Below are positions 36,690 through 49,125 of a stretch of 64,000 bases of DNA, in pieces. Both the position numbers and the translations under genes were made by a program. Under the pieces are notes generated by a model, which saw only the letters and a list, made by a program, of their open reading frames with translations, did no database searches and was not told where the DNA came from. Numbering within the stretch: position 1 is the first letter of the stretch; each line of letters starts with the position of its first letter. Source of the stretch: Cetorhinus maximus (Eukaryota). The stretch lies in assembly GCF_964194155.1 (NCBI RefSeq), contig NW_027596273.1, positions 186,001-250,000 on the forward strand, given 5' to 3'.

Positions 36690-39076
36690 GACAAAAACAA
36701 AAATAAAAATACCTGGAAAAACTCAGCAGGACTGGCAGCATCTGCGGAGAGGAACACAGTTAACGTTTTGAGTCCGTATGACTCTTCAACAGAACTAAGG
36801 AAAAATAGAAGAGAGGTGAAATATAAGTTGGTTTAAGGGGTGGGAATGGGACAGGTAGAGCTGAATAGAGGGCCACTGATAGGTGGAGATTGCCAAAAGA
36901 TGTCATAGACAAAAGGACAAAGAGGTGTTGACGGTGGTGATATTAGCTAAGAAATGTGCTAATAGGTGACATTAAGGGTAGAAAGCAGGACAAGCAAGGT
37001 ACAGATAGCCCTAGTGGGGGTGGGGTGGGGGGAAGGGATCGAAATAGGCTAAAAAGTAGAGATAAAACAATGGATGGAAATACATTTAAAAATAATGGAA
37101 ATAGGTGGGAAAAGGAAAATCTATATAAATTATTGGAAAAAAGGGGGATTGGAAAGGGGGTGGGGATGGAGGAGAGTGTTCATAATCTTAAGTTGTTGAA
37201 CTCAATATTCAGTCTGGAAGGCTGTAAAGTGCCTAGTCGGAAGAAGAGGTGCTGTTCCTCCAGTTTGCGTTGAGCTTAACTGGAACAATGCAGCAGGCCA
37301 AGGACGGACATGTGGGCATGAGAGCAGGGTGGAGTGTTGAAATGGCAAGCGACAGGGAGGTCTGGGTCATGCTTACAGACAGACCGAAGGTGTTCCGCAA
37401 AGAGGTCACCCAGTCTGTGTTTGGTCTCTCCAATGTAGAGGAAACCGCATTGGGAGCAGCGAATGCACTAGACTAAATTGAGGTAAGTGCAAGTGAAATG
37501 CTGCTTCACTTGAAAGGAGTGCTTGGGCCCTTGGACGGTGAGGAGAGGGGAAGTAAAGGGGCAGGTGTTGCACCTTCTGCGGTTGCATGGGAAGGTGCCG
37601 TGGGAGGGGGTTGAGGTGTAGGGGGTGATGGAGGAGTGGACCAGGGTGTCACAGAGGGAACGATCCCTGCAGAATGCCGCCGGGGGGGTGAAGGGAAGAT
37701 GTGTTTGGTGGTGGCATCATGCTGGAGTTGGCGGAAATGGCGGAGGATGATCCTTTGAATGAGGAGGCTGGTGGGGTGATAAGTGAGGACAAAGGGGACA
37801 CTATCATGGTTCTGGGAGGGAGGAGAAGGCGTGAGGGTGGATGCGCGGGAGATGGGCCGGACACGGTTGAGGGCCCTTTCAACCACCATGGGTGGAAAAC
37901 CTCGGTTAAGGAAGAAGGAAGACATGTCAGAGGAACTGTTTTTGAAAGTGGCATCATCAGAACAGATGCGACGGAGGCAAAGGAACTGAGAGAATAGGAT
38001 GGAGTCCTTATAGGAAGCAGGGTGTCAGGAGCTGTAGTCAAGGTAGCTGTGGGAGTCGGTAGGCTTGTAATGGATATTGGTGGACAGTCTATCACCAGAA
38101 ATTGAGACAGAGAGGTCAAGGAAGGGAAGGGAAGTGTCAGAGATCAACCATGTGAAAATGATAGAGGGGTGGAAATTGGAAGCAAAATTAATAAATTTTT
38201 CCAGGTCCAGACGAGAGCATGAAGCAGCAGCAAAGCAGTCATCGATGTACCAGAGAAAGAGTTGTGGGAGGGGGCCGGAGTAGGACTGGAACAAGGAATG
38301 TTCCACATACCCCATAAAGAGACAGGCATAACTGGGGCCCATGTGGGTACCCATAGCCACACCTTTTATTTGGAGGAAGAGAGAAGAGTTTAAGGAGAAA
38401 TTGTTCAGTGAGGGAACAAGTTCAGCCAGATGGAGGAGAGTAGTGGTGGATGGGGATTGTTCGGGCCTCTGTTCGAGGGAGAAGTGGAGAGCCCTCAGAC
38501 CATCCTGGTGGGGGATGGAGGTGTAGAGGGATTGGACGTCCATGGTGAAGAGGAGGCGGTTGGAGCCAGGGAACTGGAAATTGTTGATATGATGTAGGGT
38601 GTCAGAGGAATCGCGGATGTAGGTGGGAATGGACTGGACAAGGGGAGAGAGAATGCAGTCAAGATAGCAAGAAATGAGTTCCATGGGGCAGGAACAGGCT
38701 GACACGATCGGTCTGCTGGGACAGTCCTGTTTGTGGATTTTGGATAGGAGGTAGAAGCGGGCTGTCCGAGGTTGGGAAACTATGAGGTTGGAAGCTGTGG
38801 AAGGAAGATCTCCAGAGGAGATGAGGTCAGTAACAGTCCTGGAAACAATGGCTTGATGTTCAGTGGTGGGGTCATGGTCCAGGGGGAGGTAGGAGGAAGT
38901 GTCTGCGAGTTGACGCTGAGCCTCTGCGAGGTAGAGTTCAGTGCACCAGACAACAACAGCACCACCCTTGTCAGCAGGTTTGCTGACAACATCAGGGTTG
39001 GACATGAGAGAAGGAGTGCGGCAAGTTCAGAGAAAGACAGGTTAGAGTGGGTGAGAGGAGCAGAGAAATTGAGACG
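36690..39076 (-). mobile_element. Penelope-like element (RT, GIY-YIG endonuclease, 3' pseudo-LTR), frameshifted
   Basis: KPADKGGAVVV, FYLLSKIHK, MDVQSLYTSIP, GVAMG, YIDD; GIY-YIG-type CIRCSQCGFLYIGET near 37420-37470. Confidence 0.92.
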
Positions 39077-39470
39077 ACTGATGTGTGCTCTGACCAGGGT
39101 TTGTGTGTCTCGGTGCTTTTCCAGTCACACTGATACCTGAAATCTTCTCCCACAGACAGTTGAGACAATCATTTTCCTTTCCACATTCAAAGGGCGATGA
39201 TATTCAGGTCCTGATGAATCGGGTGAGTCTGTCAGATCTTGATGTGATGCTTGATTTGAGTTTCCCGTCTGTCAATCTTCCACTTCCAGTAACCTGTATG
39301 TTTATGGAAACCATCACTGTAATTCCAGGATAGAAATTGAAGAGAGAAACATTTCTCTTGGTTGGAATTTGCTGTGTGTAAATCCTCCCCTTCTAACCCC
39401 CTGTAAAAGGACTTTCCAAAGCCCACCCCTGTCAGTCCAGGATAGAAAATCACAACATTCTCTCCTCCTG
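39077..39470 (-). pseudogene. 5' part of a ZNF exon truncated by the Penelope insertion
   Basis: Homologous to 19700-19890 and 20300-20430. Confidence 0.75.
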
Positions 39471-39479
39471 CTGACAGGG

Positions 39480-39910
39480 ACAGGGATGTCCGCGCATGCG
39501 CCCTGCTGCACATTGACCCCGCTCAAGATGGCGGCCGTTCAGCCGGACCTCTAACCCAAAGGAGTTCACGAGCTCTCGCGCCCCGTCCCGTGTAAATAGG
39601 ATCGGTAGGTTTTTAGTCGGGATTTGAGGCCTCCACCGGGTGTTTATGAAGCCTCCCCGTCCACTCCGCTGGCTCTAATCCTCTCCACCCACCCACTGGC
39701 TCCATAACTCACCCTCACGCGATTGTTTCTCCCTTCTCCGCCTAACTCCAGGCACAACCCGCACTGCGCATGCCCCAGTCAGTGACCGCACTGCGCAGGC
39801 TCCGGTTACAGCCCAGCAATACACCTGCGCAGAAAGCGGCTGTGGTCTGGATAGGTCACATTCTTCTCCGCGGAGAATGCTGGGTAAACGCCCCGCCATT
39901 GAAAGACATC
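39480..39910 (-). promoter_or_regulatory. ZNF promoter cassette
   Basis: gcgcatgcgc, tgcgcatgc and tgcgcag sites; YY1 aagatggcggc near 39526; homologous to 20630-20750. Confidence 0.65.
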
Positions 39911-40059
39911 GCTGTTGAAAATCATGCTTTATTTCGTCTTCCGATTTAAATTGGAGCCATTAGGGCCAAGAGATAACTTATTAAAATCAAATCACACAAC
40001 AACCAAACTGCACGGGCCCTCCACCATATTTCTGTCTTAATCCCTTTTCATACCCAGAG

Positions 40060-40920
40060 CAGATGAATGGCCTCTCCCTCGTGTGAACTCACTGGTGTGT
40101 CAGCAGGCTGGAGGACAGAGTGAATCCCCCCCACACTTGGAGCATTGTGAATGCGCTGGTGAGTCAGCAGATCTATTTTGCTTTTAAAGCTCTTCTCACA
40201 GTTGGAACATCTAAAAAGCCTTGTGTCAGAGTGAACATGTTGGTGTGAGGTGAGGTGGGTTAGTTGAGTGAATCCCTTCCCACACTAAGGGCAGATGAAT
40301 GGCCCCTCCCCAGTATGAACTCGCTGGTGAGTCAGCAGATTAATTTTGCTTTTAAAGCTCCTCTCACAATTGGAACAGTTAAAAACTCTCTTATCTGAGT
40401 GAACACGTTGGTATGCAGTGAGGTGGGATAGTGGAGTGAATCCCTTCCCATATTCGGATGACCTCTCCCCAGTGTGACTGTGTCGATGAATTTCCATCAC
40501 AGACGGAGTTCTGAATCCCCTCCCACAGTCCCAACATTTCCATGGTTTCTCTGTGGTGTGGTTTCCTTGTGTCTCCCCAGGTTGGATGACAAGATGAAGC
40601 CTTGTTCACACACAACAAACACGTGTACAGTTTACCCCTGCACCCCGACACTGTGAATTGGATGGTGTTTTTTCAGGCTGTGTAGCTGGTTCTCTTTCCA
40701 CAGTCAGTTCACTGGAACACTCTCACTCGGGTGTGTGTGCCTCAGGATTTTTCAATCACACTTATTTTTAAGATCTTTTTCCACTGGCAGAACGTTGCTC
40801 CTTCCACATTTAAAGGCTGATGATATTCAGGTCCTGATGAACTGAGTGACCCTGTCAGATTTTGATGTGATGTTTGGTTTGAGGTTTCTGTCTGTAAATC
40901 ATCCCTCACTGCTAGCCTGT
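40060..40920 (-). pseudogene. C2H2 ZNF pseudogene (subfamily B), multiple deletions
   Basis: EIHRHSHTGER...[29 protein letters not shown]; acceptor near 40918. Confidence 0.85.
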
Positions 40921-40964
40921 AAAAGGAGCTTACAGTGTCAGTGTCACAATCAGTGCGGGATAAA

Positions 40965-41200
40965 ATTCACCTGCTGTGGGTGTGGGAAGGGATTCACTCA
41001 GACATCCAACTGGATGAGACACCAACGCATTCACAAGTGACTGCAAGGACTGGCTTCTGCTATCATTGTTTCTGTTCATCACACCCAGGGCAGAACCATG
41101 TTCATCCTGAGAGTCAGTGCTTGTTTCTGATAGTAATAGCCTCTCTAACTTGGCTGGAGTTTAATATTCTGGGTAAATATGAAATCAATCAGCTTTGTTT
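40965..41200 (+). pseudogene. last finger and 3'UTR of an oppositely oriented ZNF
   Basis: FTCCGCGKGFTQTSNWMRHQRIHK-stop followed by the family 3'UTR. Confidence 0.75.
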
Positions 41201-41559
41201 TGAAACTATTGTTCTGGATTTTTGTCTTTCCCACCTGAGTGTTTAACATCACCTGGCTGGAGCTCCATACGGCAGGAACAGAACTTCAGCCTGGACACAG
41301 TCCAGGAGCACGATCACCATTCACATCTTGTCCCTGTTGGATAAAATCAAACACAGTATTTATTCTCCATCTGGTTATCTGACTTTTTCATTTTGTACAG
41401 TTTGCACTGATCTTCATGGTAACTCAGATATTGTGTTCCCTTCTCTCGTTTCCAATTCGCTAATATAAGATTTGCTTTTCCCAATCTATCCAGAACATCA
41501 AATGGACTTTCCCAATTAGCTTTCTAATCCCACCCCTTTTCACAATGCTTTTAACATAA

Positions 41560-42350
41560 CTTCATCTCACATTGAATAATTAAAGTAATGGGTGGGGTGG
41601 TTCTCCCTGGAGGTGTTGAGACGGGCAGCACCATCTTCTCCACTGCCTTTAGCAGGGAGAATGCTGAGGTTTGTTGGAGGTTCTGGAGAAACTGGTCCAG
41701 AGCCTGTCGAGTAGCAATGAGGAGTGGGACCCCGGGAGGATTCACAATCTGGATTGGCCGACCTATCATGGGCCGTGACCAGGACTGAACAAGAGGGGAG
41801 TGAATGGTTAAGACACCAGGCAAGGCAGTGACCCAGTTATTGACCTTGACTAGATCATCAGCTCCATTCATGACAGATTTTTCAGTGTCATTTCTATAAT
41901 TCTCGACGATCCCACTGGACTCTGGGTGGTAGGGGATGTGGAAATGTTATTGCACACCCATAAGATCACAGAGCTTCTGCATTACTTCTGCTGTGAAATG
42001 CAAACCATTATCATTCTTTATCCTTTTCAGAAAGTCCTATCTGGTAAAGATCTGTTTCCAGAAGATTTTAGCTGTAGTGACTGCATCATTTTTACAGAAA
42101 GGGAATCCTTCAATCCACTAGGTAAACATTCCATTAGCTACGAGGATATACTGGTCTCATCCTTTTACTGTGGGTAGTGGGCCTGTATCATAAATCTGCA
42201 ATGTTCCTCAGGGCCATCATTCAGATAGGATATGGCCATTGGGACCTTTCATTTTGCAGGGCCGGATTAATTTGGACAGAGTTGAGAAACACAGGTCTGG
42301 GTGCATGCTCAGCCACCAATCGTAAATAGCTCTGAAAGGACAACCTTGGG
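41560..42350 (-). mobile_element. retroviral/LTR integrase core pseudogene
   Basis: Manual translation LQIYDTGPLP..YILV..MFT*WIEGFP...TTAKIF...NDNGLHFT...LCDLMG..FHIPYHPESSGIVE...NWVTALPGVL, with stops. Confidence 0.85.
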
Positions 42351-43059
42351 GGAGGATCATATGGCAGGAACAGAACTTCACCCTGGACACAGTCCAGGAG
42401 CACGAGCACCATTCACATCGTGTTCCAGTTGGATAAAATCAAACACAGTATTTATTCTCCAAGGGCTCTAAAGGGAAACATGCTCCCTATCTGATCCCTG
42501 AACAAAACTAATTATTTTCTGAGACCCTATTCAAATTGAGGCCACCCTTGTGATAGAAAACCTAATCATGTAGGATGGGTGAGTCCTTATTAGCTGCGAG
42601 GGATGAAGGAAAGTCTTTCCTATGGTGTACAGCCTCTTCTCCTGCTCCTACTTTCTATGTTTCTATCGTTCAAAGAGCCAGCACAGGCATGGTGGACAGA
42701 ATGGTTTCCATCTGTGCTGTATCATTCTATAAAACGGCGAATATTCAGTATCAGGAGATAGCGAGGGAAAGCTAGAGCAACCAGTGACTGTAGGATTGAA
42801 GCCAGGCAAAGTGAGAACCTTCAGAGGTGATAGAGAGAGCGAAACCAATGGGAAACGTTCTAAAATCTCAGGGCGTTTCCACAGGAGAGCAGATGTTTAA
42901 ATCACTTTTAGAAATGGAACATAGCAGCGCACAGATTCAAGGGATTTTTTAAATTAATTTATCTCAATTGCGCAACAAAATGATTTTCTTTTCTGTGTTT
43001 GGATATTACAAAGGCTATTACCCAGGATTCCCTGCGGGTGTGAATGTGCTCTATTCTCT

Positions 43060-43390
43060 CTGCAGGAGGCTAATACGCAGGCGCAGCGCTGACTCATCTG
43101 GAGCATGCGCAGTCTCACTTTGCTCGGAGCCGTGCGAATGCGGGAGGATTTTGGCGATGGGCGAGTGCGGGTGGAAGGAACACAGCCTGGAAGTGAGGGT
43201 GGGGAGGGAGATGTAAGGAAGTGCAAAACCCGATGTAGGTATCAAGCCCCAAATAAAATCTTGCTGGTCCCGAGTCTACAGCTCCGAGGCGTTTCTCCGC
43301 GAACATCTTGCTTCAGCGGCAGCAGTGCGCATGCGGGATCATATTAGTGACGTAACGGGGCGGGATCATATTAGTGACGTAACGGGGCTT
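43060..43390. promoter_or_regulatory. CpG-rich promoter cassette
   Basis: NRF1 sites gcatgcgca and tgcgcatgcg; 27-bp tandem duplication containing TGACGTAA. Confidence 0.6.
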
Positions 43391-45539
43391 CAGGGTCCCA
43401 GTGCCCAGGAGAGAAAATCATTCCCTCGTTGATTTTACGCCCACTTTGTGCACAAGAGCTAATGACAGGCCCAGATTAGAGGATGGGCAATATGCTGCAG
43501 GATGCATGGGTGGATGTCTGAAGAAAAATGAGAGCATCAGAATTAGGAGCACCCATTCGGCCCATCAAGGTTGCTTCCCCTCTTAGTAATGTCATGGCTG
43601 TTTAGCCTTGAATATGTTCAATGACCAGCCTCCACTGCTCACTGGGGAAGAGAATTCAAAAGACTGACAATCCTCAGAGGGAAGGAATTTCTCCTCCTCA
43701 GTGTTAAATGGGAGATCCTTTGTTTTTAAACTGTGGCCCCTGATTCTAGATCCTTCTGTGAGGGAAAACATCTTCTCAGTGTCTATCCTGTCAAGCTACC
43801 TCGGAATCTTGCATGCTTCAATAAGATCACCTCTCATTCTTTTAAACTCCAATGAGTATAGGCACAACCTGCTCAACTTTCCCTCAGAAGATAAATATCC
43901 TCATTCCAAACCTTCTCAGAATTGCTTCCAATGCACCTATGCCCTTGTTTAAGTAATCCTGGGCAAGAGAGGGGTCCCTTGAATTGTTGTGAATTTCTAT
44001 CCTAGACTGACAGTGATGGATTTTGGACACTCCTTTTCCAGCGGGTTAGAAGGGGAGGATTTACACACAGCAAACTCAAACCAAGAGAAATGTTTGTCTC
44101 TTCTGATTTTCTAACCTCGACTGTTGCTTATATCTTTTGTAATCTCCCTTTACAGGGAGTTAGAAGATTTCAAAACTGCCAGATTTTTCTCTGACTCCGG
44201 TGCTTCTGATATCTTTCCAGCTGCAGACTCCAGCAGGATATTTTAATATTGAAAACTGAAATTGTTTCAGAGGTGTGTATTATTGAACATTCATTGACAA
44301 TTTAGAACTTTTAGTGCTGTGCTGTGGTTACATTGCTCTGGAGCTGGTGTGGCTCCTTTTCTGTGGATCTGAATCCATGCCCATCTATCCTTCTGTTTCA
44401 CCTCTACTGTCCTCAATCCCTGCCATTGTGTAATTTCCTCTGCCTTGAGCAATGGATATCTTTTAACCATGTTTGGTGCTTTACTGCTATTCCTACCAGC
44501 TGTGTCTAAATGAGGTTTCCACTGCTGCTCATCCCCTGTCTATTCACTGCTGATTTACCAGTTTTATCTTCCCATGGTCAGGAATTGTTTTTCCTGCATT
44601 AGAGATCATTTATCTTCTTCTGAGCTTAAATTGACCATCAAATTCTGCTCCAGTTTTATTCCCCTTAATTCATTCTGCACATCCTGAAACATTAACTCTC
44701 TTTGCCTTCCTTTAGTTACTGCCTACTCTTATGAGTATTTCCAGCACTTGCTCATCATTTTTGAGATTTCCAGCAACTGCATTATTTTGTTTTTGTTTGA
44801 TTGTAGGTGTTGCTCACAGAATCGAGTCTAGAAACAGAGATGAACTAATTAGGAACTGAATTGTATTGGGGTGAGTGTTTGTTCCAGAGCTTGGCCTCTG
44901 GCCTCCAGTGTTGATCTTTTTTCATGCAGTCCAAGAATGATTACAAAACAGAAGGAGGCCATTTCACCCATTGTGCTGGCTCTTTGCAAGAGCAAATCAA
45001 CCAGTCCCACTCCCCTGCCCTTTCTTCGCAGCCCAACTTTTTCTCTCCAGGTGCTTATCCAATTTTCTTTTCAAAGCCTTTGTTGCATCAGTTTGAGCTG
45101 TTGCAGAGATAGAGGAGAAGAGATACCTGGGTTTGACCCTGAGGACAATGGAACCCAGTCAGGCCCAGAAAATTCCAATGTGAAATTGTCAAAGGAGGTA
45201 GTTTCTAGGGAAATCGGGTTATTGAACAGACACTGTACAACATAAAAACGTATTGTTTTAGAAACAAATATTTCCATGGATGTTTTTAACCTGCTTTGCA
45301 AATATATATATTTTAAAAGTTTAAATGGGATTTTGGTGTCATTTGGTGTCATTAACAAGACCAGCAGCAGATATTACCCATCCCCAGTTACCTGTGGAGG
45401 AGATGATGTTTGACCTTCTTGAACCGCTGCAGTCTGTGTGGTGAAGGTGCTGCCATAATGCTGTTAGGTCAGGAGTTACAGGTGATTCACCCAGTAATGA
45501 TGAAGGAACAGTGATAAATGTCCAAATCAGCAACAACAA

Positions 45540-46290
45540 ACTGTATTTCTATCGCATCTTTAACAAAATAAAATTTCCAAGGCATTTCACAGAAATGTTA
45601 GAAAGCAACATTTGACATCGAACCACATAAGTGGATATTAGGGCAGGTGGCGAAAGGTTGGGTTAAATAGGTTTTAAGGAGTGTCTTAAAGTAGAAAATT
45701 GAGATGGAGAGGCAGGGAGGTTTTTGGAGGAAATTCCAGAGCTCATGGCCTTGGAATCTGAAGGTGCAACCACCAAAGTGGCACAGTTAAAATCAAGAAT
45801 GCTCAGGGGGTGGGAATTAGATGAATGCAGATATTGTGGAGGGTTGTGAGACTGGAGCAGATTACAGAGATAGGGAGGGGCCATGAAGGAAATTGAAAAT
45901 AAGGATGAGAATTTGAGCATTTAGGTTCTTCTTAACCGGAAACCTTTGTAGGTCATCAAGCACAATGGCGATGGGTGAACAAGACTTGGTGCGAGTATGG
46001 AAGTGGAAAGCAGAGTTTTGGATGGTGGAGTTGAATCTGGGAGCCCAGCTGGGAGTCCATTAGAATAGTTAAGTCTAGAGGTGACAGAGGAATGGTTGAG
46101 AGTTTCAGCAGCAGGTGAGCTGAGACTAGGATGGAGCCGGGTGATGTTACTGAGGTGGAAATAGGCAGTCTGTCTGATGATGTGGATGCGTGTTGCAAGC
46201 TCATCTTGGGGTGAAATATTACACTGAAGTTTTGAACAGTCTGGTTCAGCTTCAGACAGTTGCCAGTGAGAAGGATGGAGTCAGTGGCTG
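45540..46290 (-). mobile_element. L2 3' region
   Basis: gggagggaattccagag-type L2 tail motifs. Confidence 0.7.
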
Positions 46291-47009
46291 GGAAATGGAG
46301 TTTGTAGCTCAGTCCATAGCACCCTCGCCTTTGAATCAGAGGGTTGTGGGTTCATGTCCCACTCCTGGAAAACCAAGAATTGTGATTGTACTCGAAAGAA
46401 GTTGCAATCTGTGACTGTTGGTAACTCGAAAGAGTTTCCCAGTATTTATATGCAAGAAATTTCTGTTCATCCAATACTGGATATCAGACAAGTCAGGATA
46501 GTGTGTGACTTGGAGGTGATGGTATGCACATACATATGCTTCCCTGGTCCTTCTAGGTGGTGGGAAGTTAGTGGTTTGGGAGATTTTGTTAGAGTTATGG
46601 TCAAACTGTAGGTATATAAAATCCCTCTCCTTCACCCACTGTCTTTATCACCTCTCTCTGTCTCTCCTACCATGGAGGCCAGAGTCTTGCATAGGCCCAG
46701 TCTAGTTGGAAAGTTCACTTCCCTGAAGGACATCAGTGAACCAGTTAGGTTTTTATGACAATCCAGCAGTTTTCATGGTCACTTTTTCCTAGTGCCGGCC
46801 CCACAAATTACTAGATTCATTCCGCTCAATTTCACAATCTGCCTTTGTGTTTTAGTGGGTTCTCTCTCACTCTCTTTTCTCTGTTTTAAATTAAATTTAC
46901 AGGGTATTAGAAGGAGAGGATTCAGTCAGGAAACTGAAACCAAATATCACTTCAGAATCTGATGGAGTCGCCCAATTTATTGTAACCTGAATATCGTTGG
47001 ATTTTGAAC

Positions 47010-48047
47010 ATGGAAGGAAAAAGCTCAGTTTGCAGCAGAGAGAAACAGTACACGTGCTCTGTGTGTGGACGAGGCTTCAGCAGATCATCTGACCTGTTGA
47101 GACATAAATGCAGCCAGAATGGGGAGAAAGAGTGGAAATGTGGGGACTGTGGGAAGGGATTCAATCACCCATCTGAACTGAAAACTCGTCTGCACAGTCA
47201 CACCGGGGAGAGGCCATTCATCTGCTCCGAATGCGGGAAAGGAGACACTCATTCATGTAACCTGTTGACATACCAAAGAGTTCTCACTGATGGGAGACTA
47301 TTCAGGTGCTCTCACTGTGGGACTGGTTTCAGGCATTTATTTGACCTCAGTGCACACCAGCGAACTCACACTGGGGAGAAGCCATTTATCTGCTCCGAGC
47401 GTGGAAAGGGATTCACTTGTTCATCCCACCTGCTGACACACCAGCGAGTTCACACTGGGGAGAGGCCGTTCACCTGCCTTGAGTGTGGAAAGGGATTCAT
47501 TAATTCATCCAGCCTGATGGCACATTAAAGAGTTCACACCGACAAGAGACCTTTTAAATGCTTAGACTGTGGGAAGTGCTATAAAAGCTCTCAGGAGCTG
47601 ATGTTCCATCAACGTGTTCATACTGATGAGAGACCGTTCAGGTGCTTTCATTGTGGAACTAGGTTCAGGCAATCATCTCAACTCAGTGTACACCAGCGCA
47701 CTCATACAGGGGAAAGACCGTTCACCTGCTCTGAATGTGGGAAGGGATTCAGTCAGTCATCCACACTGCTGAGACACCAGCGAGTTCACACTAGGGAGAG
47801 TCCGTTCACCTGCTTCGAGTGTGGGAAGGGATTCACTCAGTCATCCAACCTGCTGACGCACCAGCGAGTTCACACTGGGGAGAGGCCATTCACTTGCTTT
47901 GAGTGTGGGAAGGAATTCACTCAGTCATCCCACTTGTTGACGCACCAGCGACTTCACACTGGGGAGAAACCATTCATTTGCTCCAAGTGTGGGAAGGGAT
48001 TCACTCAGATGTCCCACCTTCTGAAACACCAGCGAGTTCACAAGTGA
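47010..48047 (+). pseudogene. C2H2 ZNF (about 12 fingers) with in-frame nonsense TAA at 47526 and broken N-terminal fingers
   Basis: ORFs 47004-47528 and 47601-48047 share a frame; acceptor tttacag at 46902. Confidence 0.88.
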
Positions 48048-48209
48048 TTGGATTTTGCTGCTAATCACATTCAGGACTGAACCATGTTCATTGTGGTCTG
48101 TGTCTGCTGATATTGAAGATAAAAGTAAAATAAATCATCTTTGTGTTAAATACAGTGTGCTAAGTCTTCTTAATATCTCAAACGTAAGTTAGTTACTTTT
48201 GAAGGGCTC

Positions 48210-49125
48210 TCCCTCTCCCCATCTCCTCTATCTTCATCTTCAACAACAAACGTGAGGAGCTCATGGAGCTTCTTTGTCACTAAGATTGAGACAATCCAAT
48301 CAGCTGCCTCTGCTGCTTCCCTCCCATCCACTAGCCCACCGGGACAAACTGTCTCTAAAGTTCCCTCATATCTGAGCCCTGAACTCACATCTTTTTCCAG
48401 TTTTGCTCCTGTCTCCTGTTATGGCCTCTCAGAGCTCATCTTGTCCCTGACCTTTTACTTCTTTGGCCCTATTCTCACTAAGCTGCTGATTATTCATCTT
48501 CCCCACATTAGCTGATACTGTTAGCAGTTCTCTCTCTCTTTTGGTACTGTTTCTCTCACCTTTAAATCCACTGACATCGCCCATCCTAAAAATCAACCTT
48601 TGACCCCCATCATCTTTGCAAACTACCACTCCATCTCAACCGTCCTTTCCTCTCCAAAGTTCCTGCTCTTGGTGTCCCTCAAGGATCTATCCTTGGTCCC
48701 TCCTATTTCTTATCTACAAGCTGCCACTAGGTGACACCATCCAAAAGCACCGTGTTAGTTTTCACATGTACACTGACAATGCCCAGCTCTACCTCAGCAC
48801 CATCCCTCTCCATTCCGCTACTGTAGCTAAATTATCAATCTGCTTATCCGACACCCAGTACTGGATGAGCAGAAATTTCCTTCGGTTAAAAATTGGGAAG
48901 ACCAAAACCATTCGGTCACCACTATAAATACTGTTCCTTAATTACTGAGTCCATCCCGCTCCCTGGGAACTGTCTGAGGTTGAACCACACTGTTCACAAT
49001 CTTGGTTCAGATTTGACCCCAAGATGAGCTTCTGACCACATATCCACACCATCACTAATACCAGATAGTTCAATCTCCATAATGCTACCTGTCTTCACCC
49101 CACCTCATTTACTTGCTGCTGCAAC
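48210..49125 (+). mobile_element. L2 RT fragment
   Basis: FHMYTDNAQLYLS...WMSRNFLRLKIGKTK. Confidence 0.8.

Noticed and set aside
46300-46370. tRNA-like sequence
   Set aside because: Matches a SINE tRNA-derived head; no full cloverleaf.
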